Part shown: in pieces, positions 12,503 through 23,288 of the stretch | Layout of the letters: every line of letters begins with the position of its first letter | Numbering within the stretch: the first letter of the stretch is position 1 | Source: Carcharhinus longimanus | Lineage: Eukaryota | Direction of reading: 5' to 3' | Assembly: GCA_030264375.1 (NCBI GenBank) | Contig: JASCQW010000139.1 | Location: 32,122,347-32,186,346 of the forward strand | DNA: 64,000 bases | Translations under genes and position numbers: made by a program | The notes under the pieces: model-generated | Database searches by the model: none | The model's input: the letters and a program-made list of their open reading frames with translations, nothing else | What the model was told of the DNA's origin: nothing

Positions 12503-12660
12503 CCCACAACACCAGCTTAAAGTCCAACATGTTTATTTGTAACAAACGCCCCAAGCTTTCGGAATAGGCGGGTGGCTGGGAGTTCTCAGCCACAACTTCC
12601 CAGCCACCTGACAAAGGGACAGCCCGTTCCGAAAGCTTGGGGCGTTTGCTACAAATAAAC
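12503..12660. mobile_element. Penelope terminal repeats in inverted (hairpin) arrangement
   Basis: gtttatttgtaacaaacgccccaagctttcggaa ... ttccgaaagcttggggcgtttgctacaaataaac; same family as 8600-8739. Confidence 0.7.
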
Positions 12661-12699
12661 TTGAATGATGAGCATTATAGAAGGGCTGGTCTGCACAGA

Positions 12700-13212
12700 T
12701 TTGGCCAATTAGGCATCCAATGTTAGGAAGGATGACAAACCCTTGGAGAGGATGCAGAAAAGATTTACTAGATTGGTGTAAAGGACGTGAGCTTTCAGTT
12801 ATACAGAAAGACAAGACGAGCTGAGATTGCTCTGGTTAGAACAAAAAAAATTTGAAAGAAGGTTTAATAGGGGTGTTCAAAATCCAAGAAGGTTTGACAG
12901 AGCAAATAAAGCAACTGTTTCTAGTGGTAGAAAAATCTATCACCACAGGCTACAGATTTAAAGCCAAAGATGGGACAAGCATGATTTTGACAGCAAGAGT
13001 TATTACAACCTGGAATGCATTGCTTGAAAGGCTGTTGAAATAGATGCAATGGCAATTTTCAGAAGAGATTTAGACAAATACCTGAAGGAGAGAAAGTTGC
13101 AGAGATCTGGAGAAAGAGGAATGATTGGGATTAATTAGGTACCTTTCTTAAAGAGCTGGCACTAGCGATTTGGATTGAATGGCCTCCTTCCATACTGTAA
13201 GAAGCTATGATT
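12700..13212 (+). mobile_element. CR1-type LINE 3' fragment, old
   Basis: LERMQKRFTR-like start, TWNAL, tail gaatggcctccttc...ctatgatt. Confidence 0.7.
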
Positions 13213-13406
13213 CGACAAACAGTGATTAAGCTTTTCATTCAAACCTTTTTGACATAAATTTTGCAAAGGTGTACTTGCCCCTTGAAACTTATCTAAGTAC
13301 TTTAGTCTCCTGGGAATTTCAAAACCTTTATATTTTTAGGATCAGAAATGTGACATTGTGTTTGGACCCTAACTCTGGCTATTTATTATATGTATTTCCT
13401 TTACAG

Positions 13407-13568
13407 TGACCCCCTGCACCTCTGTCCCTATCGTCAACCATGCCCATTTCTCGATCTGTAACTCCTCGGTCAGGTATACCTGCAAGCCAGGATTCAAACT
13501 GGTGGGAGGAGATACGATAACCTGTTTAAGTAATGGACAGTGGAACTCTACATCACCGATCTGTACAG
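13407..13568 (+). CDS. Peroxidase gene A Sushi/CCP domain exon
   Basis: ttacag|TG...ACAG|gtaaaa, 162 bp, phase 1-1. VTPCTSVPIVNHAHFSICNSSVRYTCKPGFKLVGGDTITCLSNGQWNSTSPICT fits the CCP consensus C..YxC..GF.L.G...C...G.W....P.C. Confidence 0.93.
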
Positions 13569-14199
13569 GTAAAACAGAAGTGCAGTAACTTTGCAACACT
13601 GATAAAATGTTCATCTGTCTTTTGGTGATGCCAAATGGCATCACAAGCTTATTGAATAATTAGAAATCCATCTCTTTAATAAGAGAAACACAATACACAC
13701 CAGCTAATGACCTTCACACAATTAATTGCTTCTGAAATTAATTCTAATTAATGAAACTTCTCCACCATGATCTCGCACTAAGATGCAGGTTCAATCAAAA
13801 CAGGCTAATGGGAAATGAATGAACAGCAAATCTTTTGCATTCTAATTTTATTTATTAAATGTTGGTTTAGCCTCCTGCTTAAGATGGTGGGAGGAATTTT
13901 GCCTTTCCTTTTGGCAAAATGTCATCTTGGGCAGATAACATGGAGAATAGTTAATGGGTGGGTGGGGGTGNNNNNNNNNNNNNNGGGGATCAGGCATTGA
14001 ATGGGACTGGGTGAGTTCCACTCTGTGAGTGCACATATTGCAATGAAATCTCTCAAATTGAGTGTCTGCTTTCCTCTTCAGTCTCAAGACTAATTCTGAT
14101 GGTGACTGTCTCAGGATATTATAATTATGCTTAAGGCATATTTCCCTCTGACTGATGTTTCTAGTACAGAATTTTAAATCATGTTTCCAATTTTACAAG

Positions 14200-14243
14200 A
14201 CAGCGGGCCAGAGGGATTCATCGTGAAAGTATTTACACAGTGA
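14200..14243 (+). CDS. Candidate short terminal coding exon of gene A (DSGPEGFIVKVFTQ*)
   Basis: ttttacaag| acceptor, phase 1 open frame, start resembles gene B tail (EDSGSLEG), AATAAA at 14669-14674. Read-through of the Sushi exon (GKTEVQ*) or an acceptor at 14204 are alternatives. Confidence 0.3.
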
Positions 14244-14882
14244 CTGCAACAGCTCCTCCTCCACTGTCCATTCATTCTAACGTTTGATTTTATGCTGCAG
14301 ATGTTGCAACAAATGAAATATAATTCTTCACTGCTTGGACCTGAAAATAAGATCTTTTGATATGAATGCAAGGCTGTCAGGACCCACACTTCCATTGTAT
14401 TTTAGCACTACCCAGGTTTAAAGGTCAAGATCCCACATGCAACCTAGAACCAAACCACATCACCATTTGAGCACCAGATGCAACTTCCATCCAAACATTG
14501 CTGGTGTTCAGAGGCATTTTGGTGAGATTTTTGTTTATAGACTGGAAAATTGTGGAATGAATTGATGTGCTCACTGATGCCATGAGTGGAGAATCATTCT
14601 CCATCCAATATGCTGATTACACTTGACTACTGTTCTGAGATGCAATGTAACCCTGTTTCAGAATTAACAATAAAAGTGTCTGAAGCCATTACGTCAGTGC
14701 TGTTTGTTTGAAATGCAGAATTTCTATTTGTGTCAGCTTATTGGTGTGTAAATGTAATTATTCTGTAAACACATCCAAAGCTCTGCTGTCCATGCCCTTA
14801 CTTGTATCAAGTTCCTTTCACATACCAGTCCTGAGATCAGTAGCTTGCATTTGTTCCTGATTGAATGAACATTTTTAAAAAA

Positions 14883-15222
14883 TTCATTTGTGGGACGTGG
14901 GTGTCGCTGGTTAGCCAGCATTTATTGCCCATCCCTAGTTCCCTAAAGGCAGTTGAGAGTCAACCACATTGCTGTGGCTCTGGTGTCATATGTAGGCCAA
15001 ACCAGGTAAGGATGACAGATTTCCTTCCCTAAAGGACATTAGTGAACCAGATGAGTTTTTACCACGATCATTATCATCAGTAGATTGTTAATTCTAGCTT
15101 TTTTCTATTGAATTCAAATTCCACCATCTGCCATGGCGGGATTTGAACCCAGGTCCCCAGAACGTTAGCTGAGTTTCTGGATTAATAGTCTAGCAATAAT
15201 ACTGCTAAGTCATCGCCTCCCC
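14883..15222 (-). mobile_element. Second tRNA-derived SINE family (possibly DeuSINE/SacSINE-like)
   Basis: Reverse complement of 16718-16990 (ggcgatggcctagtggtattattgct...ttcgaatcc...tggtggaatttgaatt...atgtgactccag); another copy at about 32660-32990. Confidence 0.65.
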
Positions 15223-15274
15223 AGACCCAAAAATTCTTATTCTTGGTTCCAAATTCCTCCATTGCCTCATCTTG

Positions 15275-16000
15275 CTAGGGATCGTAGTTTGAGGATAAGG
15301 AGTAAACCTTTTAGAACTGAGATGAGGAGAAATTGAGGGTCCTTGTGCATGAGTCGCAAAAACCCAGCTTGCAGGTGCAGCAGGTGGTCAGGAAGGCTAA
15401 TGGGATGCTGGCNNNNNNNNNNNNNNNNNNNNNNNNNNNNNNNNNNNNNNNNNNNNNNNNNNNNNNNNNNNNNNNNNNNNNNNNNNNNNNNNNNNNNNNN
15501 NNNNNNNNNNNNNNNNNNNNNNNNNNNNNNNNNNNNNNNNNNNNNNNNNNNNNNNNNNNNNNNNNNNNNNNNNNNNNNNNNNNNNNNNNNNNNNNNNNNN
15601 NNNNNNNNNNNNNNNNNNNNNNNNNNNNNNNNNNNNNNNNNNNNNNNNNNNNNNNNNNNNNNNNNNNNNNNNGGGAGAGGGTGGGAATGTGGAACTGAGC
15701 CACAACAGATCAGCCATGATCTTATTGAATGGCGGGGCAGGCTCGAAGGACCAGATGGCCTACTCCTGCTCCAATTTCTTATGTTCTTATGAATGTGTGG
15801 AATTCACTACCACAGAAAGTAGTTGAGGTCAAAACATCGTCTGATTTCAGGAAGAAATTAGATATAGCTCTTGGGGCTAAAAGAATCAAGGGATATGGGG
15901 GTAAGGAGATTCAGGATATTGAATTCAATCAGCCATGATCAAAATGAATGGTGGAGTAAGCTCGAAGGGCCAAATGGCTATTCCTGTTTCTAGTTTCTGT
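15275..16000 (+). mobile_element. Nested CR1-type LINE fragments with assembly gap
   Basis: One CR1 (KANGML, gap, tail ...ttcttatgttcttatg) interrupts another (gagatgaggagaaatt ... aatgtgtggaattcactacc). Confidence 0.7.
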
Positions 16001-16322
16001 CTCATCCAGCTCTGCAACCTGCTGAGCTTTCCGCACTTATCCAATTCTACCCTGTTGAAAATTGCACAAAACATGCCTTGAATCTATACCAGTTGCCTTT
16101 TCAGAAGATATACTTCCCAAATATCACTCAGTATATCTTGAAATAACTTCAAAGACTTTACATCACATGTTCTGGACAATAGTTCCTCTGGACTGTTTCT
16201 AGGATTTATAGGTGTTTGATTTGTAGATTCAAATTGTCTTTAGGAATCAATTTCATTGCTCCGCTATTGGTGGCTGTGCCTTCAGCAGCCAAGGTCCCTC
16301 CATAAATCTCTCTGTCTCACTG

Positions 16323-16437
16323 GGGTGGGTTTTCCCATTCTGCCCACCATGGGTGAGGGGCAGACCATGGAAAGGTTCATTGACCTCGGGTGGGATTTTC
16401 TGGCTTCGGGGCGAGCACAGCAAGAAAATCCCACCCA
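16323..16437. mobile_element. Short MITE-like element with GGGTGGGWTTT terminal inverted repeats
   Basis: gggtgggttttc ... gaaaatcccaccc; internal cagaccatggaaagg..ttgac shared with 34135-34260. Similar ends at about 5360-5476, 32116-32330 and 51616-51743. Confidence 0.55.
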
Positions 16438-16717
16438 GTATCTTTCTTTCATCCTTATCGCTACTCTTAAAGCATATCTCTTTAATCAAGCTTTTGGCCA
16501 CCTGGCCCAATATGTATCTCAGCGTCACATATTGTTTTATGATGTCCTGTGAAGGATCCTATTATGTTAATGGTGTTATATGAATGCAAATTGTTGTAGC
16601 GAGACAGAGTGGAAGAGCTAGAAAGATACAAAATAAGTATCATTTTATGATTGTAGTAACGTTTGGCATATACTGATAAAAATAGTTTTTAATATCTGAC
16701 CAATACCAGTAGCTTTG

Positions 16718-16990
16718 AGGCGATGGCCTAGTGGTATTATTGCTAAACTATTCATCCAGAAACTCAGCTCATGTTCTGGGGACCCGCATTCGAATCCTGC
16801 CATGGCAGGTGGTGGAATTTGAATTTAATTAAAAAAATTATCTGGAATTAAGAATCTACTGACGACCATGAAAGCATTAGCCGATTGTCAGAAAATCCCA
16901 TCTGGTTCACTAATGTTCTCTAGGGAAGGAAATCTTCCATCCTTATCTGATCTGGCCTGCATGTGACTCCAGAGACACAGCAATGTATCC
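16718..16990 (+). mobile_element. Second tRNA-derived SINE family copy
   Basis: tRNA-like head tggcctagtgg ... ttcgaatcc; inverted partner at 14883-15222. Confidence 0.65.
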
Positions 16991-18659
16991 CAAAAATGAA
17001 TTTTACAAATGGCGGTTCTGATTCTTATGCACTGCCTTCTAATGATAGACCTGGCTAAACAGTCATCTTTTCAAAGCTAAATATTACATGTTAATGTTTG
17101 TGTGCACACTGATGTGGCTCAGATGCAATAAAGCAATTAGTTATTCAGACACAGCAAATCTTCTGCCCACTTTCCCTGTCCAACAGCAGAAAAAACCCTT
17201 ACTTGTCTCTGTCTCTGTTCACTCAGCATTTCAGATCTGTTGATCAATGGAGATGATTTTCCATGTGATTCTCCCTTTCCTCTACCATAATTCAGGTGAA
17301 ATTCCTGCCAAAGCTTTGGTATAAATATCATTCTACTCTTCTGCCTATGCCTATGGCAATTCTGCCCCGGGGATCTCCAGGGTGGTCATGCAACAGGCCA
17401 TGACACACTGGTAGAATTCTGGACTGCTGATGCTCCTTTGAAAGGGAATATGTTTTGTAGTGAATATTTCTGCTTTCCCTCACGTCCCCCGAGAAGCTCA
17501 CCTTTTATTACTCTCGATTCTATTGAGACCAGGCAGTGAATTGGCTCTACAGTCTCAGTTAAGGTGATCTCCATTTCTTTCAGAGTTGCTGTGTGTGGAG
17601 CTAGTCTGCATATATACAGACATGCCATTCAGGACAATGAGCTAGGGGCCTTTGGGGTCAGGATGGCAAGTGATCAATCCGCCTGGAAAAAGAAATGCCT
17701 TACATTTCGCCAAAAGAACCTCAGAGTCTCACTCTTTTCCCTTATTTACTATTTGGAACTTAAATTCCTGACACTCAGGATGATCCTTCTGCTGTCCTTG
17801 TTATCATCTCAGTGGCAGTAAAAATTGACCCAATTACTGCATGCCTACAACTGCACTCAGTGCTCTAGCAATAATATTTCCTCTTTAGATATATACTGTC
17901 TCTCTGCCAATATAACTAAATAACCTATGTTTTTTTTGGGTTCAGTCAAATACAATGCTGAACGTTTCATGGATTTACTAAATTATTAAAGAATGGAAAA
18001 TGCTTCAGTAACAATCCCTGGGCTACCACCTCTCCATTCCAGCCTAAAAACTTAATTGTTGGTTCCATCTGTTCCAAGTTTTTACATCAGTGATTTATCT
18101 AGTACCAGAATCCTATTATCCAGCTCCCCCGTAGCTATTAATCAATCATCAATGGGAAGCCTTGTCAAAATTCTTCCAGAACTCCAAAAAGTGTACAATC
18201 AAGTGGAACTCTTTGTCCATGCCAGTAATATCTTTGAAAGGTTCCAGCTAGTTAAATAACTGTGAGATTGCTCCCTTTCCTGAATCCATGCTCAGTTGCC
18301 CTTGCAGAAGTTATATTCCCCAAATGTCACCCGATATATCTTAAAATAAGTTCAAAGGCTTTACATCGCATGTTCTGTTCTTCCTGGGCTGTTCTTCGGA
18401 TTTGTGGGTGTTTTAATTTGTAGATTGAAATTGACGTAGGAGTCAATTTAATTTCTGATAAAGGTCAAGTAATTTAGTTTTCTCAGGGAATTCAAAATTA
18501 CTAGTGTTCAACTCATCAGCAAACAGAACTGAGTCAGATATAAATAATATCCCAACATTAATACTCGTAGCATTAATAAACTTCTTTTTACCAAATTGCT
18601 GATCATCTTTAGTTCAGGTTTCAATCAAGTTTCACATTCTGTGACTGACATTGAAACTC

Positions 18660-19010
18660 ACAGAATATTGAAATACCCAGACAGAGTGGATGTGGGGAAG
18701 ATGTTTGCATTAGTAGGGGAGATTAGGATCCGAGGGCACAGCCTCAGAGGAATAGGACGACCCTTTAGAATTGAGAAGAGGAGGAATTTCTTCAGCCAGA
18801 GAGTGATGAATCTATGGAATACAATGCCACAGAAAACTTTGCAGGCCAGGTCACTGAGCGCATTTAAGACCAAGATAGATAGGTTCTTGATAAAGGGATC
18901 AAGTGTTACGGGGAAAAAGTGGGAGAATGGGGACGAGAAACCTATCAGCCATGACTGGTAGGCAGAGCAGACTTGATGGGCCGAATGCTCTTAAACCTTA
19001 TGGTCTTGTA
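18660..19010 (+). mobile_element. CR1-type LINE 3' fragment
   Basis: RGHSLR...RRNFFSQRVMNLWN in ORF 18596-18961. Confidence 0.8.
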
Positions 19011-20443
19011 ACATTCAAATGCCGTGAAATTGAAAGAAATGTTTATTTATTGAGATCACATCTTAAAGTCTGTGCAAGTTTGTTTCCTCGTAGAAGTCTT
19101 GCAGATTAAATGAAAAGTATAATTAATGGCTGTTTTTAATTCATTCTTTTTTAAAACATCTGTCAAGCATGTATTTCTTGTTGTGCTCCTTTACTAGCTT
19201 TCAGATTACACAGGAGAATATAGTAGTCATCCACTCTATTATATTGTAATAAAGGATAATTATAGGTTCCATTGTGTACGATTCCACTCACAATGTTTAT
19301 GTAGGTACCGATTTGAACTCATAGACTTGTAGAATTGGGCTCTTGTGGAATCCGCCTTTTTTTTCTGTGAGAGTTAAACAAAAATATTGGGAGAATGCCA
19401 GAATCTGATCTTTGTATAATTATCTCCTTTGTTACTTACACATACGGTTAAGTCCTTTTCTGCTGTTCTTGGGTGTTTGCCAGTTGAGTGACGAGTATGA
19501 GAGTGAAGAGTTTGTACAGTGTAGATGTGGTATCTCAAAATTCAGGGGATGGAGGAGAAACGGGTACAAGAGAGGGAATGTTTTTTCACTGTCAGAGCGA
19601 GTAAAGTTCAGTGCTGGTATAATCACCATGCATTTGGTTAATGTCAGACAGAAAGAACTGCATCGGACACTATTTGGTTGCCGCTACTTTATTTTACTGA
19701 TTTGACACAAGCAAAGATAATCACAGCAAAAGAAGTGCCAGTGTTGTTCTGATTCGAGTATTGGAGCATTAGCTTGGAACAACTTGAAATAGCACACCAT
19801 AACAGTTTACTGAATTACAATAATGAATGTGATTGGTGAAAAGATCTTACATTTATTGCAATCTCCTGGACATCACATTGAATTGAATTTGCGGTCATTT
19901 ATTACAAAGGTATATGAAGCAGCCAATTTGTTCAGAACCAATTATCACCATCAGCAGATGAATTTATGTAAGTTGGATTCTATCGTTGTAATGATGGCAA
20001 AATTGTCAGTTTAACATGTAATTATCCATATGAAAACATATCTGAAAATGTAGCATTTCTGGTTACTGTATTCACGGAGTGCGATGTCCAGAAAGTCCAA
20101 AACTACAGTTGGATTGTAGTTGAGTTTTCTGCTTCAAGATTCACAAATAGGTCACAAACCATATGCGGCCCACCAAGGTTCTGAGTGAGGCCCACGGGAC
20201 ATTTTGTTGACTGTTGCCCACGCGCAGGATTGCCACATTCCACTGCTTCCTGGTATGACTAAAGTGATGTACACATAAAGCAAGTACAAAGACCGTAGAG
20301 AATGCAAAGTCTTACTCCAAACACTGCACCAGGGTTGGTAACACACATTGACTGTATTTTTATATTTACATCAAAGAATGATAAACTTCATCCCCTTTAT
20401 CCAGTGCTCACCTTCTCTTACTGCATTACCACAGTTATGAAAG

Positions 20444-20589
20444 TTAGGCTGTAGCACCATATCCTGAACCAAACGGGTTACTGTCCTTGAGAAAATCTGA
20501 ATCACCTGCATCTTCTTTGCATTCCGCTGATCCAGATTCACTTTTACCTCCTTTTGAGCCAGTTATTCCCTCCAAGCTTCCAGAATCTT
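20444..20589 (-). CDS. Probable last coding exon of gene B, Gly/Ser/acidic tail
   Basis: atattttcag| acceptor, phase 1 matching the Sushi exon. Open frame EDSGSLEGITGSKGGKSESGSAECKEDAGDSDFLKDSNPFGSGYGATA*; strong donor AAG|gtgag at 20412, 32 nt after the stop. Confidence 0.55.
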
Positions 20590-20991
20590 CTGAAAATATT
20601 ATTTAATATGTTAGTGTACACAACCCTCAAATCTGCTACGCCTCTGATCTGATCAGCGCAACTTGTGGGCTGAAGGCCCTGTTTTGTGCTATAGTTTTCT
20701 ATGTTCTATTAGGTAGGCCTAGTAGGTAGGGATATGATCAGTGCAACTTGTGGGCCGAAGGGCCTGTTTTGTCCTGTAGTTTTCTCTGTTCTCTTGAAGC
20801 AAATGAACATGCAATACTGTAGATGTTGGAAATCTGAAATAATCCAAAAATATCTGGAAATTCTCTTTCTGTGCTTCCGGTAAGGATTCTAATCCATCAC
20901 CCAGCTTCCCTGTCTCATCGACTCTGATAATTCTGATGAAAGTGTTATTATTTCAATGTTTTTGAGGATATTGCATTGGTCTGTGGAAATG

Positions 20992-20992
<1 letters not shown>

Positions 20993-21024
<32 letters not shown>

Positions 21025-21031
21025 TGTGTGT
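20993..21031. repeat. (TG)n microsatellite
   Basis: Direct reading; a shorter (GT)10 lies at 5271-5290. Confidence 0.95.
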
Positions 21032-22077
21032 AACTAATTAAGTTGGGGACTGAGCATCTATGGAATCGAGATCATCAAAGGGACTAGGTGTGAAAAGCAA
21101 GTGCTTGAAGTGAATGGGCCAAGTTGACATCCTTCCAACACAAACATGACATTGGTAGAAATATGCACTCGGAGATAAGTGAGAATTTTGATTTTAGCTG
21201 TTGGATTTCAAAGGGAACCAAGACAGGATTTACAATTTAAGGAAAGGTCATAAGTAAACATATGAAAGATTTTTATATTTTGTACACAGTTAAGTTGTCT
21301 ACCCACAAAGACAAAAGTTGAAAGATGTGTGGGTTAGGTTGACTGGCCATGCTAAAATTGCCCCTTGGTGTCCTGAGATGCTTTGGTTAAAGGGATTAGC
21401 AGGTAAAATATGTAGGGATATGGGGATAGGGCCTAGGCGGGATTGTGGTTGGTGCAGACTCAGTGGGGCGAAGGACCTCTTTCTGCACTGTAGGGTTCTA
21501 TGGTTCTAAGTTCAGAGAGATGCTGCGAACAATGGTTTTAAAGATGAAAGAGGAAAAACATATTTAAGGAAAGGTTTGGGAGGAATGATCTTGTAAGATT
21601 CTGCAGTGTTCTATGCTGGAACAGAACTGTCAAAAGGAGCAAAGTGAAGCAGTCTTCAGCCACTCTGCAGAGAAGTGTCCATTTGTTCCCGGCAGCAGAG
21701 TTTTGTTTAAAGCCTTATATTTCCACATTTGAGTATCTCGAAAACCTGGAGGTGGATTTTTGTGATATGAGTTTGGAAACACTGCTGTGGCAATCATCTG
21801 GGGGGAATTTGCGAAAAAATCCACGGCAGGTTGATTGACTGGCATTGTTATTTGGTTTCAGAGTGGGGTGCATTCCTTGAAATCTGTATACCTTTGTGAA
21901 GAACAGGGGGATCGAAGGAATATTGGATAATAATGTTCATGTTTAATAATTTTTTTTGTTGTTAAAAACTTATTAAGAGTCTTGTGACTCTGTTACTCCA
22001 TATTTTCTAAAAGAATATTACGATCTTCTGAGCCAGGATTCCATTCTGGGACCTTCCTGTTCAGTAATAACACCAAC

Positions 22078-22428
22078 GTATAAGATGATGAATGGGATGG
22101 ATAGGATAGAGGTGGAGAGACTCTTTCTGCTCAGAAAGGATAGTAGGACTAGGGGGCACAGCCTCAAGATAAAGGGGGTGCGGTTTAGAACAGAGTTGAG
22201 GAGGAACTTCTTCACTCAAAGGGTGGTGAATCTCTGGAATTCTCTGCCCGTTGAAGNNNNNNNNNNNNNNNNNNNNNNNNNNNNNNNNNNNNNNNNNNNN
22301 NNNNNNNNNNNNNNNNNNNNNNNNNNNNNNNNNNNNNNNNNNNNNNNNNNNNNNNNCTTATTGAATGGCGGGGCAGGCTCGAAGGGCTAGTTGGCCTACT
22401 CCTGCTCCTATTTCTTATGTTCTTATGA
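22078..22428 (+). mobile_element. CR1-type LINE 3' fragment with 100-N gap
   Basis: TRGHSLKIKGVRFRTELRRNFFTQRVVNLWNSLP; tail tcttatgttcttatg. Confidence 0.85.
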
Positions 22429-23008
22429 ATCAAAGGTAGAGGAGCAGAAATATATTTCCAAGTTTGGAGGGGTGCTGTAACTCCGAGTCCTTCATTGATC
22501 CTAGGCTTGGAAGATGCTGTCAAAGGAGAGTTGGCATCCTGTAGCTGGTACACACTGCTGCCATTAAGTTTTGGTGGTGAATGTTTAAGGTGGTCATTGG
22601 GGTGCTGATCAAGTGGGTTGTTTTGTCCTGGATGTTGTCAAGTTTCTTGAGTGTTATTTTAACCATATTTATCCAAGCAAGTGGCAAGTATTCCATCACA
22701 CTCCTTTGCAGATGATGGACAGACTCTGGGGAGTTAGGAAGTGAGTCACTAGCTGAGGAATTCCTAGCCTTTGTCCTGCTCTTGTAGCCACAGTATTTAT
22801 ATAGCTGGTTCAGTTAGGATTCTGGTCAATGGCAACCTCCAGGATTCTTGTGGGAAGTTTACTGATTGTAGTATCATTCACCATGACAGCATGGTGGCAC
22901 AGTGGTTAGCACTGCTGCCTCACAGCGCCAGGGACCCAGGTTCAACTATGTCTGTGTATAGTTTGCACATTCTCCCCATGTCTGATTAGGTTTCCCCTGA
23001 GTGCTCTG

Positions 23009-23134
23009 GTACAGCTAGGTGGATTTTGGCTCTTACCTGTACCGTTAGGTCATTTTAGACTCTTACCAGGACAGCTAGGTGGATTCAGACTCTTATCTGT
23101 ACAGCTAGGTGAATTCAGACTCTTACCTGTACAG
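23009..23134. repeat. 30-bp tandem repeat x4 spanning the gene B Sushi exon donor
   Basis: Units acagctaggtgRattcagactcttacctgt start at 23011, 23041, 23071 and 23101. Confidence 0.9.
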
Positions 23135-23288
23135 CGAGGAGGTGCAGAGTTCCACTGTCTGCCACTCAGACATTTTATTTCATCCCTTCCCTCCAGTTTG
23201 AATCCGGACTTGCAGGTGTACCTGACCGAAGATTTACAGATTGAGAAATGGGCGTGAGCGACAATGGGAGTAGAGCCACAGGGAGTCA
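23127..23288 (-). CDS. Peroxidase gene B Sushi/CCP domain exon
   Basis: tttacag|TG...ACAG|gtaaga, 162 bp. VTPCGSTPIVAHAHFSICKSSVRYTCKSGFKLEGRDEIKCLSGRQWNSAPPRCT; clear paralog of 13407-13568. Confidence 0.93.

Noticed and set aside
17228-17650. Further plus-strand exons of gene A after pyrimidine-rich acceptors (about 17235 and 17584)
   Set aside because: Short frames with early stops and no EGF, TM or C1q similarity.
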